The notes under the pieces: model-generated
Told to the model about the DNA's origin: nothing
Seen by the model: only the letters and a program-made list of their open reading frames with translations
Database searches by the model: none
Assembly: GCA_021731405.1 (NCBI GenBank)
Contig: JAKFXN010000001.1
Coordinates: 29,857-93,856 of the forward strand
Direction of reading: 5' to 3'
Length of the DNA stretch: 64,000 nucleotides
DNA from: Candidatus Parcubacteria bacterium
Lineage (GTDB): Bacteria; Patescibacteriota; Minisyncoccia; Phycocordibacterales; UBA918
Translations under genes and position numbers: made by a program
Part shown: positions 27,574-37,792 of the stretch, one piece after another
Layout: each line of letters starts with the position of its first letter
How positions within the stretch are numbered: the stretch's first letter is position 1

Positions 27574-28194
27574 TTACGCGGCTGGCTCTTCTTCAGTCTT
27601 TCCCTTCTGTTCAGCTGGCACATCTGCTGCAGAAACGCTCTCTACTACTTCTTCTACTTCTTCAGCGATGATTTCAGCTTGTGCCACCATATCGTGCCCA
27701 TCAGCAGTGACTACCACTCCCTTTGGCAGTTTAATATCTGAAACGTGAATCTTGTCTTCAACCGTCACAATAACTGAAAGATCTACATCAAGATGTGATG
27801 GTAGAACGTTTGGCTTACAAGTTACTTCAACTTCATGGAGAATCTTATTAATTACCGCCCCAAGCTTTTCAGCTGGTGCCTCATTAATAAAGTGTAACGG
27901 GATATGGGTAGTGATTTCCTTACCCATCTCAAGCGCGTAGAAGTCTACGTGCATAATGCCACCCTTGATTGGTGAAAAGGCCACATCCTTCACGAGCACT
28001 TCTACAGGACTAGCTAGTCCTTGTAGTTCAATAATAGTTGACTCTCCTGCTGTCTTGAAGGTTTTTGTGAATTCTTTCTTGTCTACTAAAATCGGTGTTG
28101 AAGGAAATTTAGGGCCGTACACTACAGCACTAATTTCTTCTGCGGTCTTACTCACTCCGGCTACTTTAGCTTTAATCGGCAATATTACTGTCAT
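27574..28194 (-). CDS. rplY: 50S ribosomal protein L25 / general stress protein Ctc
   Basis: MTVILPIKAKVAGVSKTAEEISAVVYGPKFPSTPILV... is the L25/Ctc N-domain plus a C-terminal domain, with an acidic tail. Confidence 0.85.
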   Translation of the reverse strand: MTVILPIKAKVAGVSKTAEEISAVVYGPKFPSTPILVDKKEFTKTFKTAGESTIIELQGLASPVEVLVKDVAFSPIKGGIMHVDFYALEMGKEITTHIPLHFINEAPAEKLGAVINKILHEVEVTCKPNVLPSHLDVDLSVIVTVEDKIHVSDIKLPKGVVVTADGHDMVAQAEIIAEEVEEVVESVSAADVPAEQKGKTEEEPAA

Positions 28195-28282
28195 ATGGCT
28201 AAACGATAGCACAAATAGCCCTTGTTGACACTACTCCCCACTTTACCCAAAAATCGGGGTGGCTGATGCTACAATTGAAGCT

Positions 28283-29287
28283 ATGTCAGAACAATATGAT
28301 TTCGTGGCAATCGGTGACATTGTCATAGACGCCTTTATTCAACTAAACAAAGACGCAGCAGACGTGAGTCAAGACATGGATACCGGTCGCCAGACCTTAC
28401 ACATGCCATTTGGAAATAAACTTCCCTATGATGATGTGGTTGTTATTAATGCTGTTGGAAATTCGCCAAACGCTGCCGTATCAGCTAACCGCCTTGGTCT
28501 TAAAACCGCACTTGTAGCCAGTCTTGGACAAGACCGAAACGGAAAAGATTGTCTTGAAGCACTGCGTACTGAAGGAGTTCATACCGACTACGTGAAGCTT
28601 TACGAAGGTAAAATGACTAACTATCATTATGTACTTCGTTACGGACCAGAACGTACCATCCTTATCAAGCACGAAAAGTTTCCTTATACGCTGCCTGATT
28701 TTCAGGTACCGCCTCGATACCTCTACTTCTCATCTATTGGTGAGCACGGCCTGCCGTTCCACTTTGAGATTGCAAAATACGTAAAAGAGCACGACACGAA
28801 GCTCGTATTTCAACCAGGAACTTTCCAAATTAAACTCGGCTACGAAGCACTTAAAGAAGTCTACGAAGCCACCGAAATCTTTTTCTGTAACCTAGAAGAG
28901 GCACAAGAGATTCTCGGGACCGAAGAGCAACACGTTCCTACCCTCCTTAGAAAATTCAAAGAACTAGGTCCAAAACTTCCTGTTATCACTGACGGGCCAC
29001 ACGGAGCATATGTAGTAGACGAAAATGATCAGGCTTGGCACATGCCAATGTACCCAGACCCAGCTGATCCAGTGGACCGCACGGGTGCCGGAGACTCATT
29101 TGCCTCCACCTTTACCGCTGCCATCATCCTTGGTAAAAGTCCGGCCGAAGCGCTGACATGGGGACCAGTAAATTCAATGTCCGTAGTACAGTACATCGGA
29201 GCACAAGAAGGTCTTCTGACACAAGCAGAGCTCAACCAATACCTTGCCGATAAACCTGCTGAGTATGAGGCTAAGATGATTGATTAA
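28283..29287 (+). CDS. PfkB-family carbohydrate/nucleoside kinase (ribokinase-like)
   Basis: The C-terminal motif DRTGAGDSFASTFTAAIILG is the PfkB signature. The N-terminus has the GG-type lid. An alternative GTG start is at 28259. Confidence 0.8.
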   Translation: MSEQYDFVAIGDIVIDAFIQLNKDAADVSQDMDTGRQTLHMPFGNKLPYDDVVVINAVGNSPNAAVSANRLGLKTALVASLGQDRNGKDCLEALRTEGVHTDYVKLYEGKMTNYHYVLRYGPERTILIKHEKFPYTLPDFQVPPRYLYFSSIGEHGLPFHFEIAKYVKEHDTKLVFQPGTFQIKLGYEALKEVYEATEIFFCNLEEAQEILGTEEQHVPTLLRKFKELGPKLPVITDGPHGAYVVDENDQAWHMPMYPDPADPVDRTGAGDSFASTFTAAIILGKSPAEALTWGPVNSMSVVQYIGAQEGLLTQAELNQYLADKPAEYEAKMID

Positions 29288-29310
29288 GAATCGCACCCTA
29301 GAGTAAAAAG

Positions 29311-29348
29311 AAAAGTCCCGAGCCTTAGGCTCGGGACTTTTCTTTTTT
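29311..29348. terminator. Bidirectional intrinsic terminator (AAAAGTCCCGAGCCTTAGGCTCGGGACTTTTCTTTTTT)
   Basis: Perfect palindrome between the convergent kinase and transketolase genes. Confidence 0.85.
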
Positions 29349-29352
29349 AAAA

Positions 29353-30336
29353 CTAGAAGAGTTTTTTGGCAGCAGCGATAATCGCATTTGTGCCCATGCC
29401 GTAGTGTTCAATGAGTTCATCTGGTTCACCCGATTGTCCAAACTGATCATCTACCCCCACTCGGACAATTTTGATTGGATGTACTTCACTGAGATACTCA
29501 GCTACTGCTCCACCAAGTCCACCTGCCTTTTGATGCTCCTCCACGGTTACGATACCGCTATGTTCTTTAGCGAGCGCTACAAGGGCCTTGGTATCAAGCG
29601 GCTTGATAGTTGGCATATGGAGGACTGTTGTTCCTATTCCATCAGCCTCAAGGGCTTGTGCGGCCTTGAGCGCATTAAACAGGAGTGTACCTGTCACTAC
29701 AATAGCGATAGCTGAGGAGTGGGCTTCATTTCGAGTATAAAATACTTCTGCTTTACCAATTTCAAATGGTGATTCAGCCGTGGTTACTACTGGTGTATTA
29801 CTTCTACCAATCCGAATATAAACTGGCCCTTCGTACTTAGCGGCCGCTAGTGTTGCCTTCCTAGCTTCATGTACATCAGCTGGCGCAATTACCACCATGT
29901 TTGGTACCACCCGCATGAGAGCTATGTCTTCTATTGCTTGGTGAGTTGCTCCATCCGGACCCACCGATACGCCGGCGTGTGCACCAATCACTTTTACATT
30001 ACTATCGTTATACGCAATAGTGGTACGAATCTGCTCCCAGTTACGCCCAGGAGAAAACATTGCGTATGAAGCGATGAAAGGAACTTTTCCCATGGCCGCC
30101 ATACCAGAAGCTACCGACGCCATATTTTGTTCAGTGATACCAACTTGGATAAAGCGATCGGGAAAGGCTTCTGCAAACGGTAGCGTGCGTGTAGATTCCG
30201 TTAAGTCCGCAGCCAAAGCAACGACATTGTTGTCTCGTTTTGCTGCTTCAAGAAGCCCTTCTCCGTAGCCATTACGGCTCGGAAGGCTAACCATCTCTTT
30301 AGTATCAAAATTTTTATCGAGGTGAGGTACTAACAT
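29353..30336 (-). CDS. Transketolase, C-terminal (pyrimidine-binding) subunit
   Basis: A 327-aa homolog of the C-terminal half of transketolase (split tkt). Confidence 0.9.
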   Translation of the reverse strand: MLVPHLDKNFDTKEMVSLPSRNGYGEGLLEAAKRDNNVVALAADLTESTRTLPFAEAFPDRFIQVGITEQNMASVASGMAAMGKVPFIASYAMFSPGRNWEQIRTTIAYNDSNVKVIGAHAGVSVGPDGATHQAIEDIALMRVVPNMVVIAPADVHEARKATLAAAKYEGPVYIRIGRSNTPVVTTAESPFEIGKAEVFYTRNEAHSSAIAIVVTGTLLFNALKAAQALEADGIGTTVLHMPTIKPLDTKALVALAKEHSGIVTVEEHQKAGGLGGAVAEYLSEVHPIKIVRVGVDDQFGQSGEPDELIEHYGMGTNAIIAAAKKLF

Positions 30337-30342
30337 ACAGAT

Positions 30343-31239
30343 TTACGAAATATCTTCTTTAGCGATAAGTCCAGCCAGTGTTCGCAATTTTTGTAGCGCC
30401 ACTTCAGCCTGCTTATCTTTTGGTACTCGATCCTCAGGACCTTTCCCTGGTGGATTGCCGTGCCATCTAAAATCTCGTTCAAACACGTCTACACCCTTTG
30501 AAGCAATGGTATGTGCAATGATGAGAGACGGCTGACTATAGACTGCCTGTGCTTTGAGAATAGCGTCATTGAGAGCGCGCATATTGTGACCGTCCACTTC
30601 TTGTACATCAAAATTAAATGCTTCAAATTTTTCAGCTAGTGGTTCAAGCGGCATCACGTCTTTGGTGTAGCCATCAATCTGAATACCGTTTCTATCAACA
30701 ATCACAATTAGGTTATGAAGTTTCTCCTTCCCTGCCTGCAGTGCCGCCTCCCAAATCTGCCCCTCATTTAATTCTCCATCACCAGTAAGACAATAGATGT
30801 ACTTAGACGAATACGGATTATTAATTCGTTCTGCGAGCGCCATCCCAACTGCTTGCGAAAGACCAGAACCAAGTGGTCCAGAGCTAGTCTCAAGACCTGG
30901 TAGGGATTTGCGATGTGGGTGTCCTTGCAAACGTGAACCGAATTTTCTAAGTGTTAGTAATTCTTCAACATCAAAATACCCAGCGTGTGCGAGAGTGGCA
31001 TACAGCACAGGACAGACATGTCCATGTGAAAGCACGAGTCTGTCTCTGTCTTCCCAGAGTGGATTCTTTGGATTGTGCTGCAAAACTTTAAAATACAGGA
31101 GCGTCAAAATATCAGCCATTCCTAGTGGGCCGGCAGTATGTCCGCTCCCAGCCGCTACCAACATCTCAACAATACTCTGCCTTATTTGGTTGGCCTTAAG
31201 TTCCAGATGTTGAACTTCTTTTGAAGTGAGGTAATGCAT
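30343..31239 (-). CDS. Transketolase, N-terminal (TPP-binding) subunit
   Basis: TPP-binding motif GDGELNEGQIWEA and GHTAGPLGMADILTLLY. Confidence 0.9.
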   Translation of the reverse strand: MHYLTSKEVQHLELKANQIRQSIVEMLVAAGSGHTAGPLGMADILTLLYFKVLQHNPKNPLWEDRDRLVLSHGHVCPVLYATLAHAGYFDVEELLTLRKFGSRLQGHPHRKSLPGLETSSGPLGSGLSQAVGMALAERINNPYSSKYIYCLTGDGELNEGQIWEAALQAGKEKLHNLIVIVDRNGIQIDGYTKDVMPLEPLAEKFEAFNFDVQEVDGHNMRALNDAILKAQAVYSQPSLIIAHTIASKGVDVFERDFRWHGNPPGKGPEDRVPKDKQAEVALQKLRTLAGLIAKEDIS

Positions 31240-31289
31240 ATATCGCTTTCAGTATAACACCACAAAAAATACCTTGTAGCTCTTGCCTG

Positions 31290-31937
31290 TTAGTTAATGA
31301 GAGATGAGAGCTCTCTGTGTGCTTCTTTGGGATTTGAGGCTCCTGCAATAGCTGAGCCGCAGATAAATCTATCTACTCCGGCTTTGGCTAACCGAGCAAT
31401 AGTTTCTCTATTTACACTTCCATCCACTGACACCAATAAACGACTATTACTTTCCTTGAGTGTTTTGATTCTCTCAAACACGCGCTCATCAAGCGGTTGT
31501 CCTTGCGCACCAATAGTAGCGATACCCATCACCTGCACATAGTCAGAAAACTCGAGATACGGCAAAAGAGTCTCAAGCGGAGTGTCGTTAAGCGCACAAA
31601 CACCTAGTGAAATTTTGGTGCTTTCCGCAAATCTTTTAAACGCGTCAAGTGAAATTGTTTCAATATGAAAAACGAGCATGTCAGCTCCAGCAGCTACCCA
31701 AACATCCGCCGCCTCAAGAGGGTTTTGCACCATCAAATCAACCTCAAGTGTAAAGCCGTCAGTGACAGGCTTTGTTTGTTCAGGATTACCAACTGGGTTA
31801 TACGGCCAAGAAACACTCGAGACAAATACCCCATCCACCACGTCCACATGCACCTCAGGCGAAAAACTAAATCCTGCCAAGGTACGGACAAGATGTGCAG
31901 CTGAAGTAGGAATAATAGCGGGAACAATAGGAATCAT
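31290..31937 (-). CDS. rpe: Ribulose-phosphate 3-epimerase
   Basis: RPE barrel with the HVDVVDGVFV metal-binding region and C-terminal GSAIAG. Confidence 0.8.
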   Translation of the reverse strand: MIPIVPAIIPTSAAHLVRTLAGFSFSPEVHVDVVDGVFVSSVSWPYNPVGNPEQTKPVTDGFTLEVDLMVQNPLEAADVWVAAGADMLVFHIETISLDAFKRFAESTKISLGVCALNDTPLETLLPYLEFSDYVQVMGIATIGAQGQPLDERVFERIKTLKESNSRLLVSVDGSVNRETIARLAKAGVDRFICGSAIAGASNPKEAHRELSSLIN

Positions 31938-32419
31938 AGTGTACGAGCATCACGTGTTAGCTTTTCAATCTTTTGATTGCGGCGCTTATACTTTTCATCA
32001 GTTAAAACTGGGCTCGAGAGCCAGAGCACAATCCCCTCTTTGACTTCTTCAATCGGTACAAAGCGTGCGCCGATAGAAAGTACATTAGCATCATTATGAG
32101 CTCGTGACAGCGCAATGATGTCGAGCTGTCCACCGTAGTAGACCGTTGCCCGAACTTGCTTGTAGCGATTAGCGAGCATCGCTTCCCCCTGTCCTGATCC
32201 TCCAAAAACAATTCCGCGGGCTGTTTCCGGTGAAGCGCTCACAGCGGCAGCTGCCAGACTAATGAAGTCTGGGAAGTCATCTCCCACGTCATACACTTTT
32301 GCGCCATGATCAACAATCTTAAGCCCTTCTTCCTTCAACCATTCCGAGATAATTTCTTTGTACTCAAAACCAGCATGGTCAGAAGCGAGGTGAATAGTTT
32401 TGCTGGTATCAAGCGACAT
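31934..32419 (-). CDS. rpiB: Ribose-5-phosphate isomerase B
   Basis: RpiB/LacAB family (IHLASDHAGFEYKEII...GIVFGGSGQGEAMLANR). Its stop overlaps rpe by 4 bp. Confidence 0.88.
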   Translation of the reverse strand: MSLDTSKTIHLASDHAGFEYKEIISEWLKEEGLKIVDHGAKVYDVGDDFPDFISLAAAAVSASPETARGIVFGGSGQGEAMLANRYKQVRATVYYGGQLDIIALSRAHNDANVLSIGARFVPIEEVKEGIVLWLSSPVLTDEKYKRRNQKIEKLTRDARTL

Positions 32420-32425
32420 AGTGTT

Positions 32426-33451
32426 TTAGCCGACATGCTTGGCAGATTCACGTACATGCTCAACGAGGGTTTGGGTGTAACTTGTTTCGTTGTCGTACCA
32501 AGCGAGTACCTTCACAAGATTTCCATCTACTACCTTGGTAAAAGATAAGTCAGCAATTGAACCGACGCGTGAACCGATAATATCAGTTGAAACAATCTCC
32601 TCACTGGTAACTGCAAAGAGGTGCTTCCATCTTGGTTCTGAGGCAGCTTTCAAAAGCGCGTTGTTTACTTCTTCGACTGTCGTATTTCGACTAGCAATAA
32701 AGGTGACGTCAACAATTGATCCAACTGGCACAGGTACCCGCATTGCGATACCATCAAACTTATCTTTAAGTTCAGGGTGTGCCAGTGTGGTCGCAATAGC
32801 TGCTCCAGTAGTACTTGGTACGATATTAAGTGCCGCAGCTCTACCAGCTCTAAAGTCTTTCTTGCTTGGTCCATCAACCAGTGTCTGCGAAGCGGTGTAG
32901 GCGTGCACTGTATTGAGTACAGCTTTATCAATGCCAATTGCCTCTTTAAGAATTGCGATAAGTGGACTAGTAGCGTTTGTGGTACAAGAGGCATTTGAAG
33001 AAACCTGACAAGTCTTAAGTAAATCATGGTTTACGCCCATCAGCACTGTTGCTCCGGTAATACCGATAGCAGCAGGATCTCCCTTTACCGGAGCTGAGAC
33101 AACCACCCGTTTTGCACCCGCATCAAGGTGCAACTTTGAACCCTCATAACTCACAAAGAAACCAGTGGATTCAACCACGATATCAATCGCCCAGTCGCGC
33201 CATGGAAGTTTGTTTGGTTCTTTCTCTTGAGCAAAAGAGATTTTTTTGCCGCCAACCATGAGGGCTCCGTCAATTACTTCAACCGAAAAAGGTGCTCGCC
33301 CGTAAACAGAATCGTACTCGAGGAGATACGCCAAGTTTGCTAAATCTCCGAGGTCGTTTATAGCAACTACTTCAAAATCAGGGTTGCCATATGCCAACCT
33401 GAAAAAAGTTCTACCGATTCTTCCAAAACCATTAATTGCTACTCGTACCAT
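32426..33451 (-). CDS. gap: Glyceraldehyde-3-phosphate dehydrogenase
   Basis: NAD motif INGFGRIGR and active-site SNASCTTNA. Confidence 0.93.
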   Translation of the reverse strand: MVRVAINGFGRIGRTFFRLAYGNPDFEVVAINDLGDLANLAYLLEYDSVYGRAPFSVEVIDGALMVGGKKISFAQEKEPNKLPWRDWAIDIVVESTGFFVSYEGSKLHLDAGAKRVVVSAPVKGDPAAIGITGATVLMGVNHDLLKTCQVSSNASCTTNATSPLIAILKEAIGIDKAVLNTVHAYTASQTLVDGPSKKDFRAGRAAALNIVPSTTGAAIATTLAHPELKDKFDGIAMRVPVPVGSIVDVTFIASRNTTVEEVNNALLKAASEPRWKHLFAVTSEEIVSTDIIGSRVGSIADLSFTKVVDGNLVKVLAWYDNETSYTQTLVEHVRESAKHVG

Positions 33452-33509
33452 AGAAAATAAACTTTATGACTAACTACCACTACTATAGCGAGAAATTGCT
33501 ATATCTTCA

Positions 33510-35081
33510 CTACCGATTATCCTCAGTCGCTTTTGACCGACGGTACAAAATAAAGAATAAGAGCACAAGCGCCAGAAGAAGTAGAGAAATGGTAGAGAAA
33601 AATGGTCTAACAGCCTCAACTAATTTGTCAGGAAACATCACCTCAGCAACGCTACCTACACTAGGTATAAACATGACTGGCTGACGATAGCGTCCGATAA
33701 CACTTCGTTCGTAATCAAAGATTTCAACTTGAATTCGTGACGGACCACTCGCTTGAAGCGGTGCGATGACTGCCTCATACGCATCTCCAGCTTTATTGAT
33801 ACGAAGTAAAAACGAATAGCTCCGATTTGGGTTAGTTGGGTCTACCAAAGTAACGATAATTGATTTCAAATTATCAGGCAGTGCTTCTTTTTTAATACTA
33901 ATGATAAAAGCTTCGTTTTCTAAAAGCTCAATGTTTTCACTTTTGAAGCTAAAAGTTTTGTCTCCCTGATTAAGGGTAACCGCATCAGTAGAAAAATTGA
34001 AATACGGAAGCTCAATTATGGGTTCTTCGGGTACAACCTCTGGTTCTAAGGGTTCACCGGTCCCGGTCGAAGTTGCTCTTTTGGTAGCTTTTGCTACCGC
34101 ACCAGAAGAAACCGAACCGTCGTTCGAGATAACAAAGGCGGTGTAGTAGAGTGTTGAGTAATTAGAAAACGCGCCACTATCAAGAAACGTTAGTGCGCTA
34201 CCTTCGTACACCACGGCTCCATCATACGGATCAAGTGGGTAACCCAAATGACTACGAACAATCCTAACCACAGCGTTTGGTACCGAAGGTGGAGTTATGT
34301 AGCTTAGACGCACGTCATTTTGCAGTGGAGTAGCAGTAAAGTTCCGTACGTTGGCAGGTGTCAGGTTCTCTCGAGCGATGGTTGTAAACTGACCTGAACG
34401 AAGCTCGAGGACTCGTCCGTTGGCAGCATAGCCAATGAGTTCATAGAGATACGTAGTTCCTGGCTCAAGATCAGTGATGAGCGTCTGTTGTTCTTTGCGG
34501 TAGATATCATTAATGATATATCCCTCGTCAAAACTATTGTTTCTTCCCCAGCGTAGCGCGTACCGTGCTGGCATACTAGTCTCCCACTCAAATAGTGCAC
34601 TGTTGGTGTCGGGTGTTATATCTAGATTGAGTAGTCGAAAAACAAGCGTCCCTGAACTTCCATTTTCGGTAGAGGTTGCCTGGGGAGGAGCGACTGGCTG
34701 CGCTGGCGTAGTTGTAGACAGAGCGTTTGAGGTAGTTGAAATATTATAGAAACTATCAAACGCGTATACTTCATATTCGTATAGTGTTTCAGCCAAGAGT
34801 CCGGTATCAGCAAAAGAAGTGAGTGTAGTTGTAGCAATCGCGAATCCGTCCCGCAAAAGCACGTACCCACCAAGCAAGAGGTTATCGGTAGCCACACTCC
34901 AAACAACATCAATCTGAGTTGCTGCTGTTGGGGTAACTGATAGAAGGGTTGGTGTGGTTGGTGGCTCAAGATCTTCACCGCCTTGTACCGTGATAGTAAA
35001 CTGCGAAGTGGTTGCACCAAAAACTAAGCTTGGAAACAAGACAAAGAAGGCAAAAATAAAGCGTGGGAAGATGTACATCAT
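33510..35081 (-). CDS. Cell-surface protein with fibronectin-III-like repeats, an N-terminal signal peptide and a C-terminal TM anchor
   Basis: 523 aa with Fn3-like segments (PTTPTLLSVTPTAATQIDVVWS; PANVRNFTATPLQNDVRLSYI) and a C-terminal LLLLALVLLFFILYRRSK. Confidence 0.6.
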   Translation of the reverse strand: MMYIFPRFIFAFFVLFPSLVFGATTSQFTITVQGGEDLEPPTTPTLLSVTPTAATQIDVVWSVATDNLLLGGYVLLRDGFAIATTTLTSFADTGLLAETLYEYEVYAFDSFYNISTTSNALSTTTPAQPVAPPQATSTENGSSGTLVFRLLNLDITPDTNSALFEWETSMPARYALRWGRNNSFDEGYIINDIYRKEQQTLITDLEPGTTYLYELIGYAANGRVLELRSGQFTTIARENLTPANVRNFTATPLQNDVRLSYITPPSVPNAVVRIVRSHLGYPLDPYDGAVVYEGSALTFLDSGAFSNYSTLYYTAFVISNDGSVSSGAVAKATKRATSTGTGEPLEPEVVPEEPIIELPYFNFSTDAVTLNQGDKTFSFKSENIELLENEAFIISIKKEALPDNLKSIIVTLVDPTNPNRSYSFLLRINKAGDAYEAVIAPLQASGPSRIQVEIFDYERSVIGRYRQPVMFIPSVGSVAEVMFPDKLVEAVRPFFSTISLLLLALVLLFFILYRRSKATEDNR

Positions 35082-35845
35082 AGTGGAGTAGCCGTCAGTG
35101 TAGTGGTGGCAATATACGTACCAATTATCACTCCAGCTGAACCGCCAATGCCAACTCTAAAATTAAGGGTGGTGGTGGCACCAGCAGGCTGATTGGCTGA
35201 CCCTTGCGCAATAATAATATCGCTTGTAGATAAGCCCTGCCAACACGCAAGGGCGGTATCGAAGCTTCCTACTCCGCACGTACCACCATTGTCTCTAAAC
35301 TCAGCCACAATATCACTTCCTTCAGGTGAAAATCCAAACTGCGCATCAGTGGCTCCTGTCACAAAAGAAAAGTCTGCCGCTGGGTCAACAGTAGAAACAT
35401 AGTCCGCAATAGTATACGGGTCATTTTGCATGGCAGGAGCAGACTCTGCTGCAATAGTAAGTTCGTATCCACTCGGGCTATCGGTAAGCACCACCACGCT
35501 GGTGGAGCCGTTTGAAGTACCCCCTGTCAGTCCACCCAGTGCTGGCAAGAGCGTAACGTCAGCCGCCTCGGTGATACTCAAAAAGACTTCCTGCATTTGC
35601 TGATACCCAGCTCGTAGGCGGTAGTTAGAACTATCCGAATCACCACTTGCCACTTCTCCAGCAGTACTCTCAAGTGAATAATTAGTAGAAGTTGAAAGAC
35701 CACCGCCAAAGTTTATACTGTCGCTCTGTAGTTGATAGGTTGGACTAGTGCGTACTTGCGCTACTGATACAGATAACAGCGATACACAAAGTACCGTTAA
35801 TACGACTGTCTGTAGAAACAATGTGTAGAAAGAACGAAATGACAT
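35078..35845 (-). CDS. Small secreted protein, paralog of 36939..37658; WxL-domain-like but lacking the Trp residues
   Basis: Signal peptide, LTGGTSNGSTSVVV.TDSPSGY, and a C-terminus ...TLNFRVGIGGSAGVIIGTYIATTTLTATPL that resembles WxL C-termini (Y.G.LTW.L.DAP). Confidence 0.5.
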   Translation of the reverse strand: MSFRSFYTLFLQTVVLTVLCVSLLSVSVAQVRTSPTYQLQSDSINFGGGLSTSTNYSLESTAGEVASGDSDSSNYRLRAGYQQMQEVFLSITEAADVTLLPALGGLTGGTSNGSTSVVVLTDSPSGYELTIAAESAPAMQNDPYTIADYVSTVDPAADFSFVTGATDAQFGFSPEGSDIVAEFRDNGGTCGVGSFDTALACWQGLSTSDIIIAQGSANQPAGATTTLNFRVGIGGSAGVIIGTYIATTTLTATPL

Positions 35846-35849
35846 ATGG

Positions 35850-36917
35850 TTAGCCGCGACGCTTGAACTCAAATGTTCTAAAGAAAAATCGTAAAGTAAA
35901 GAGAATAATAAAGATGCCAAGGAAAATACCCCCTACCACTTTCCAAGGTAAGACCCAGAAGGTAAAGCTAAACTCATCAACAATATCATCGTAGCCACGG
36001 TTAATAAGTGCTGTAGCGGTATAACGACCAAACAACAGCTCTCTGTCCCAACTAATATCGCGAGTGCGAAGTGACTTAGGTAACACAAACCAAGGCTCAA
36101 GCTCTACAAAGCCTACCTCCTCACCAAACAAATTGGTAATACGAACTTCACCATATGGGTTCACATGTACCGATCCGGTATTTTCATACAAAATCCGCAT
36201 ATCGATAGGACCTTTCTCAAACCACCATGAGGGACGCGCGAGTGAAAAATCTTTTGTTTCACCCCCCTTCACTACTTCTCCTGGTACTGTAATAAAAAAT
36301 AAGGTTCCGATGCGAGCTACAATCGGCGAACGAGCCGTGCCAGCGCCGCCGTTGTCACCTTCATCTTTGACGGTAGACACCAAAACACCGCCGTAATATC
36401 CGCCTGGCTCAGCGTCAGCTGGAATACTAATAGTTACAGGCACACGAGCCCGTTCCCCTAGATTAAGGGTAAACGAATTTTCTGGAAAACTAATGTAGTC
36501 TTTGATTGTGTGTGGGCCGCGCTCCTCACCCAAAAACACCATTGCTCGAGAAGCATCATTACTTCCTGCAATATCCTCAACCACCAGTTCAAACCTGCGG
36601 CCGTCACTGATGCGGTTTGAAACTGATATTTCGTAGACAACTGTCTGCCCAGGCTTAACTTCAATTTCTGCTCGACCAGGGCCAACCACAAAGTCCCCCT
36701 GATTCACCGTCCCAGAAAGCTTCTCGAGTTTATACCAAGGTGCAGCAGGTGCGGCCTCCTCAGTAGTTGAAGTGGCTTCTGTCTCTACAGACAAAACACT
36801 CTCGTCTTCTAAGACTTGAGTATTTTCTTGTGCAGATACTGCAAGCACTCCTATTGTGAACACAAAGAGTGTGAAGGCAGTTTTATAAGCTAATGTAATA
36901 ACATTTTGTGTAGTCAT
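35850..36917 (-). CDS. Surface protein with DUF916/DUF3324-like (CscC-like) architecture: signal peptide, beta-sandwich region, C-terminal TM plus a basic tail
   Basis: 355 aa. Central segment ISFPENSFTLNLGERARVPVTISIPADAEPGGYYGGVLVS and C-terminal KVVGGIFLGIFIILFTLRFFFRTFEFKRRG. Confidence 0.5.
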   Translation of the reverse strand: MTTQNVITLAYKTAFTLFVFTIGVLAVSAQENTQVLEDESVLSVETEATSTTEEAAPAAPWYKLEKLSGTVNQGDFVVGPGRAEIEVKPGQTVVYEISVSNRISDGRRFELVVEDIAGSNDASRAMVFLGEERGPHTIKDYISFPENSFTLNLGERARVPVTISIPADAEPGGYYGGVLVSTVKDEGDNGGAGTARSPIVARIGTLFFITVPGEVVKGGETKDFSLARPSWWFEKGPIDMRILYENTGSVHVNPYGEVRITNLFGEEVGFVELEPWFVLPKSLRTRDISWDRELLFGRYTATALINRGYDDIVDEFSFTFWVLPWKVVGGIFLGIFIILFTLRFFFRTFEFKRRG

Positions 36918-36938
36918 AGGTATGAGACTACACTACCG

Positions 36939-37658
36939 CTATTGTGGAGCTACCGTCAAGGTTGCGGTTGCAGTGTAGGTGTCGACAACGAGACCTGGAT
37001 TTGGATTATTGGGTACATGAACACGGAAATGAAGGGTTGAAGTAGCACCAGTTACCGCATCTGTATCTCGGTCAATGATTTGGAAGGTGGTCGTCGCTGG
37101 TGTCATCCAACATCGATCAACAGTGTATCCCCCACCAGCATTGCAAATTGTACCGTTATTAAGGAAAGATTGATCGAGGTCAGAGCTATCAGCTGCACTC
37201 ATAGTATAAGCAAAAACAGCGGCTGTACTGGCAGTTGAGAAGAGGAATGATGGCTCAAATGGATTAGTAGTACTACCGGTAGTACTTGCTGGGTAATCGC
37301 GGATAGCGCTACTACCAGTAATCTCTCCTTCCATTGTTTGGAGGGTGCCGTTATCGAAAAAGGCAATGTCCATAGTGTAGCCTGTTGGACTGTTGGTTTG
37401 TACCACTACTGTAGTAGAGCCGTTTGCTGTACCTCCTGTAATACCGTTTAGAGAACCAGAGAGCGTTGTATTATTAGCATCAACAATGAACGATGTTTCA
37501 CCAACAATTTCTTGTGAGATAGTGAATGGACCACTAGTATCCTGTGCCCTACCGACACGAGGCTCCGCAAAGAAATATAAAGCAAAGAGTACTGCCACAA
37601 TAAGGACGGCGGCAATAAATGCTTGCGTGAGTGAAGTTAAATAAAATTTTGTGTTCAT
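36939..37658 (-). CDS. Small secreted protein, paralog of 35078..35845 (WxL-like without Trp)
   Basis: Shared motifs ITGGTANGSTTVVVQTNSPTGY and TSTLHFRVHV...TYTATATLTVAPQ. Confidence 0.5.
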   Translation of the reverse strand: MNTKFYLTSLTQAFIAAVLIVAVLFALYFFAEPRVGRAQDTSGPFTISQEIVGETSFIVDANNTTLSGSLNGITGGTANGSTTVVVQTNSPTGYTMDIAFFDNGTLQTMEGEITGSSAIRDYPASTTGSTTNPFEPSFLFSTASTAAVFAYTMSAADSSDLDQSFLNNGTICNAGGGYTVDRCWMTPATTTFQIIDRDTDAVTGATSTLHFRVHVPNNPNPGLVVDTYTATATLTVAPQ

Positions 37659-37792
37659 ACGTATAATGTTGTTGTTAATACTTTATCCTTTAATTTTAGC
37701 AAAAAATGCGACTTTTTCTGAGCTTTTTTTGCTTGTTTTTGTGTATAACTTAAGCAGAAATAACGAGCACAAAGTGCGAGTATATTTTGCTT

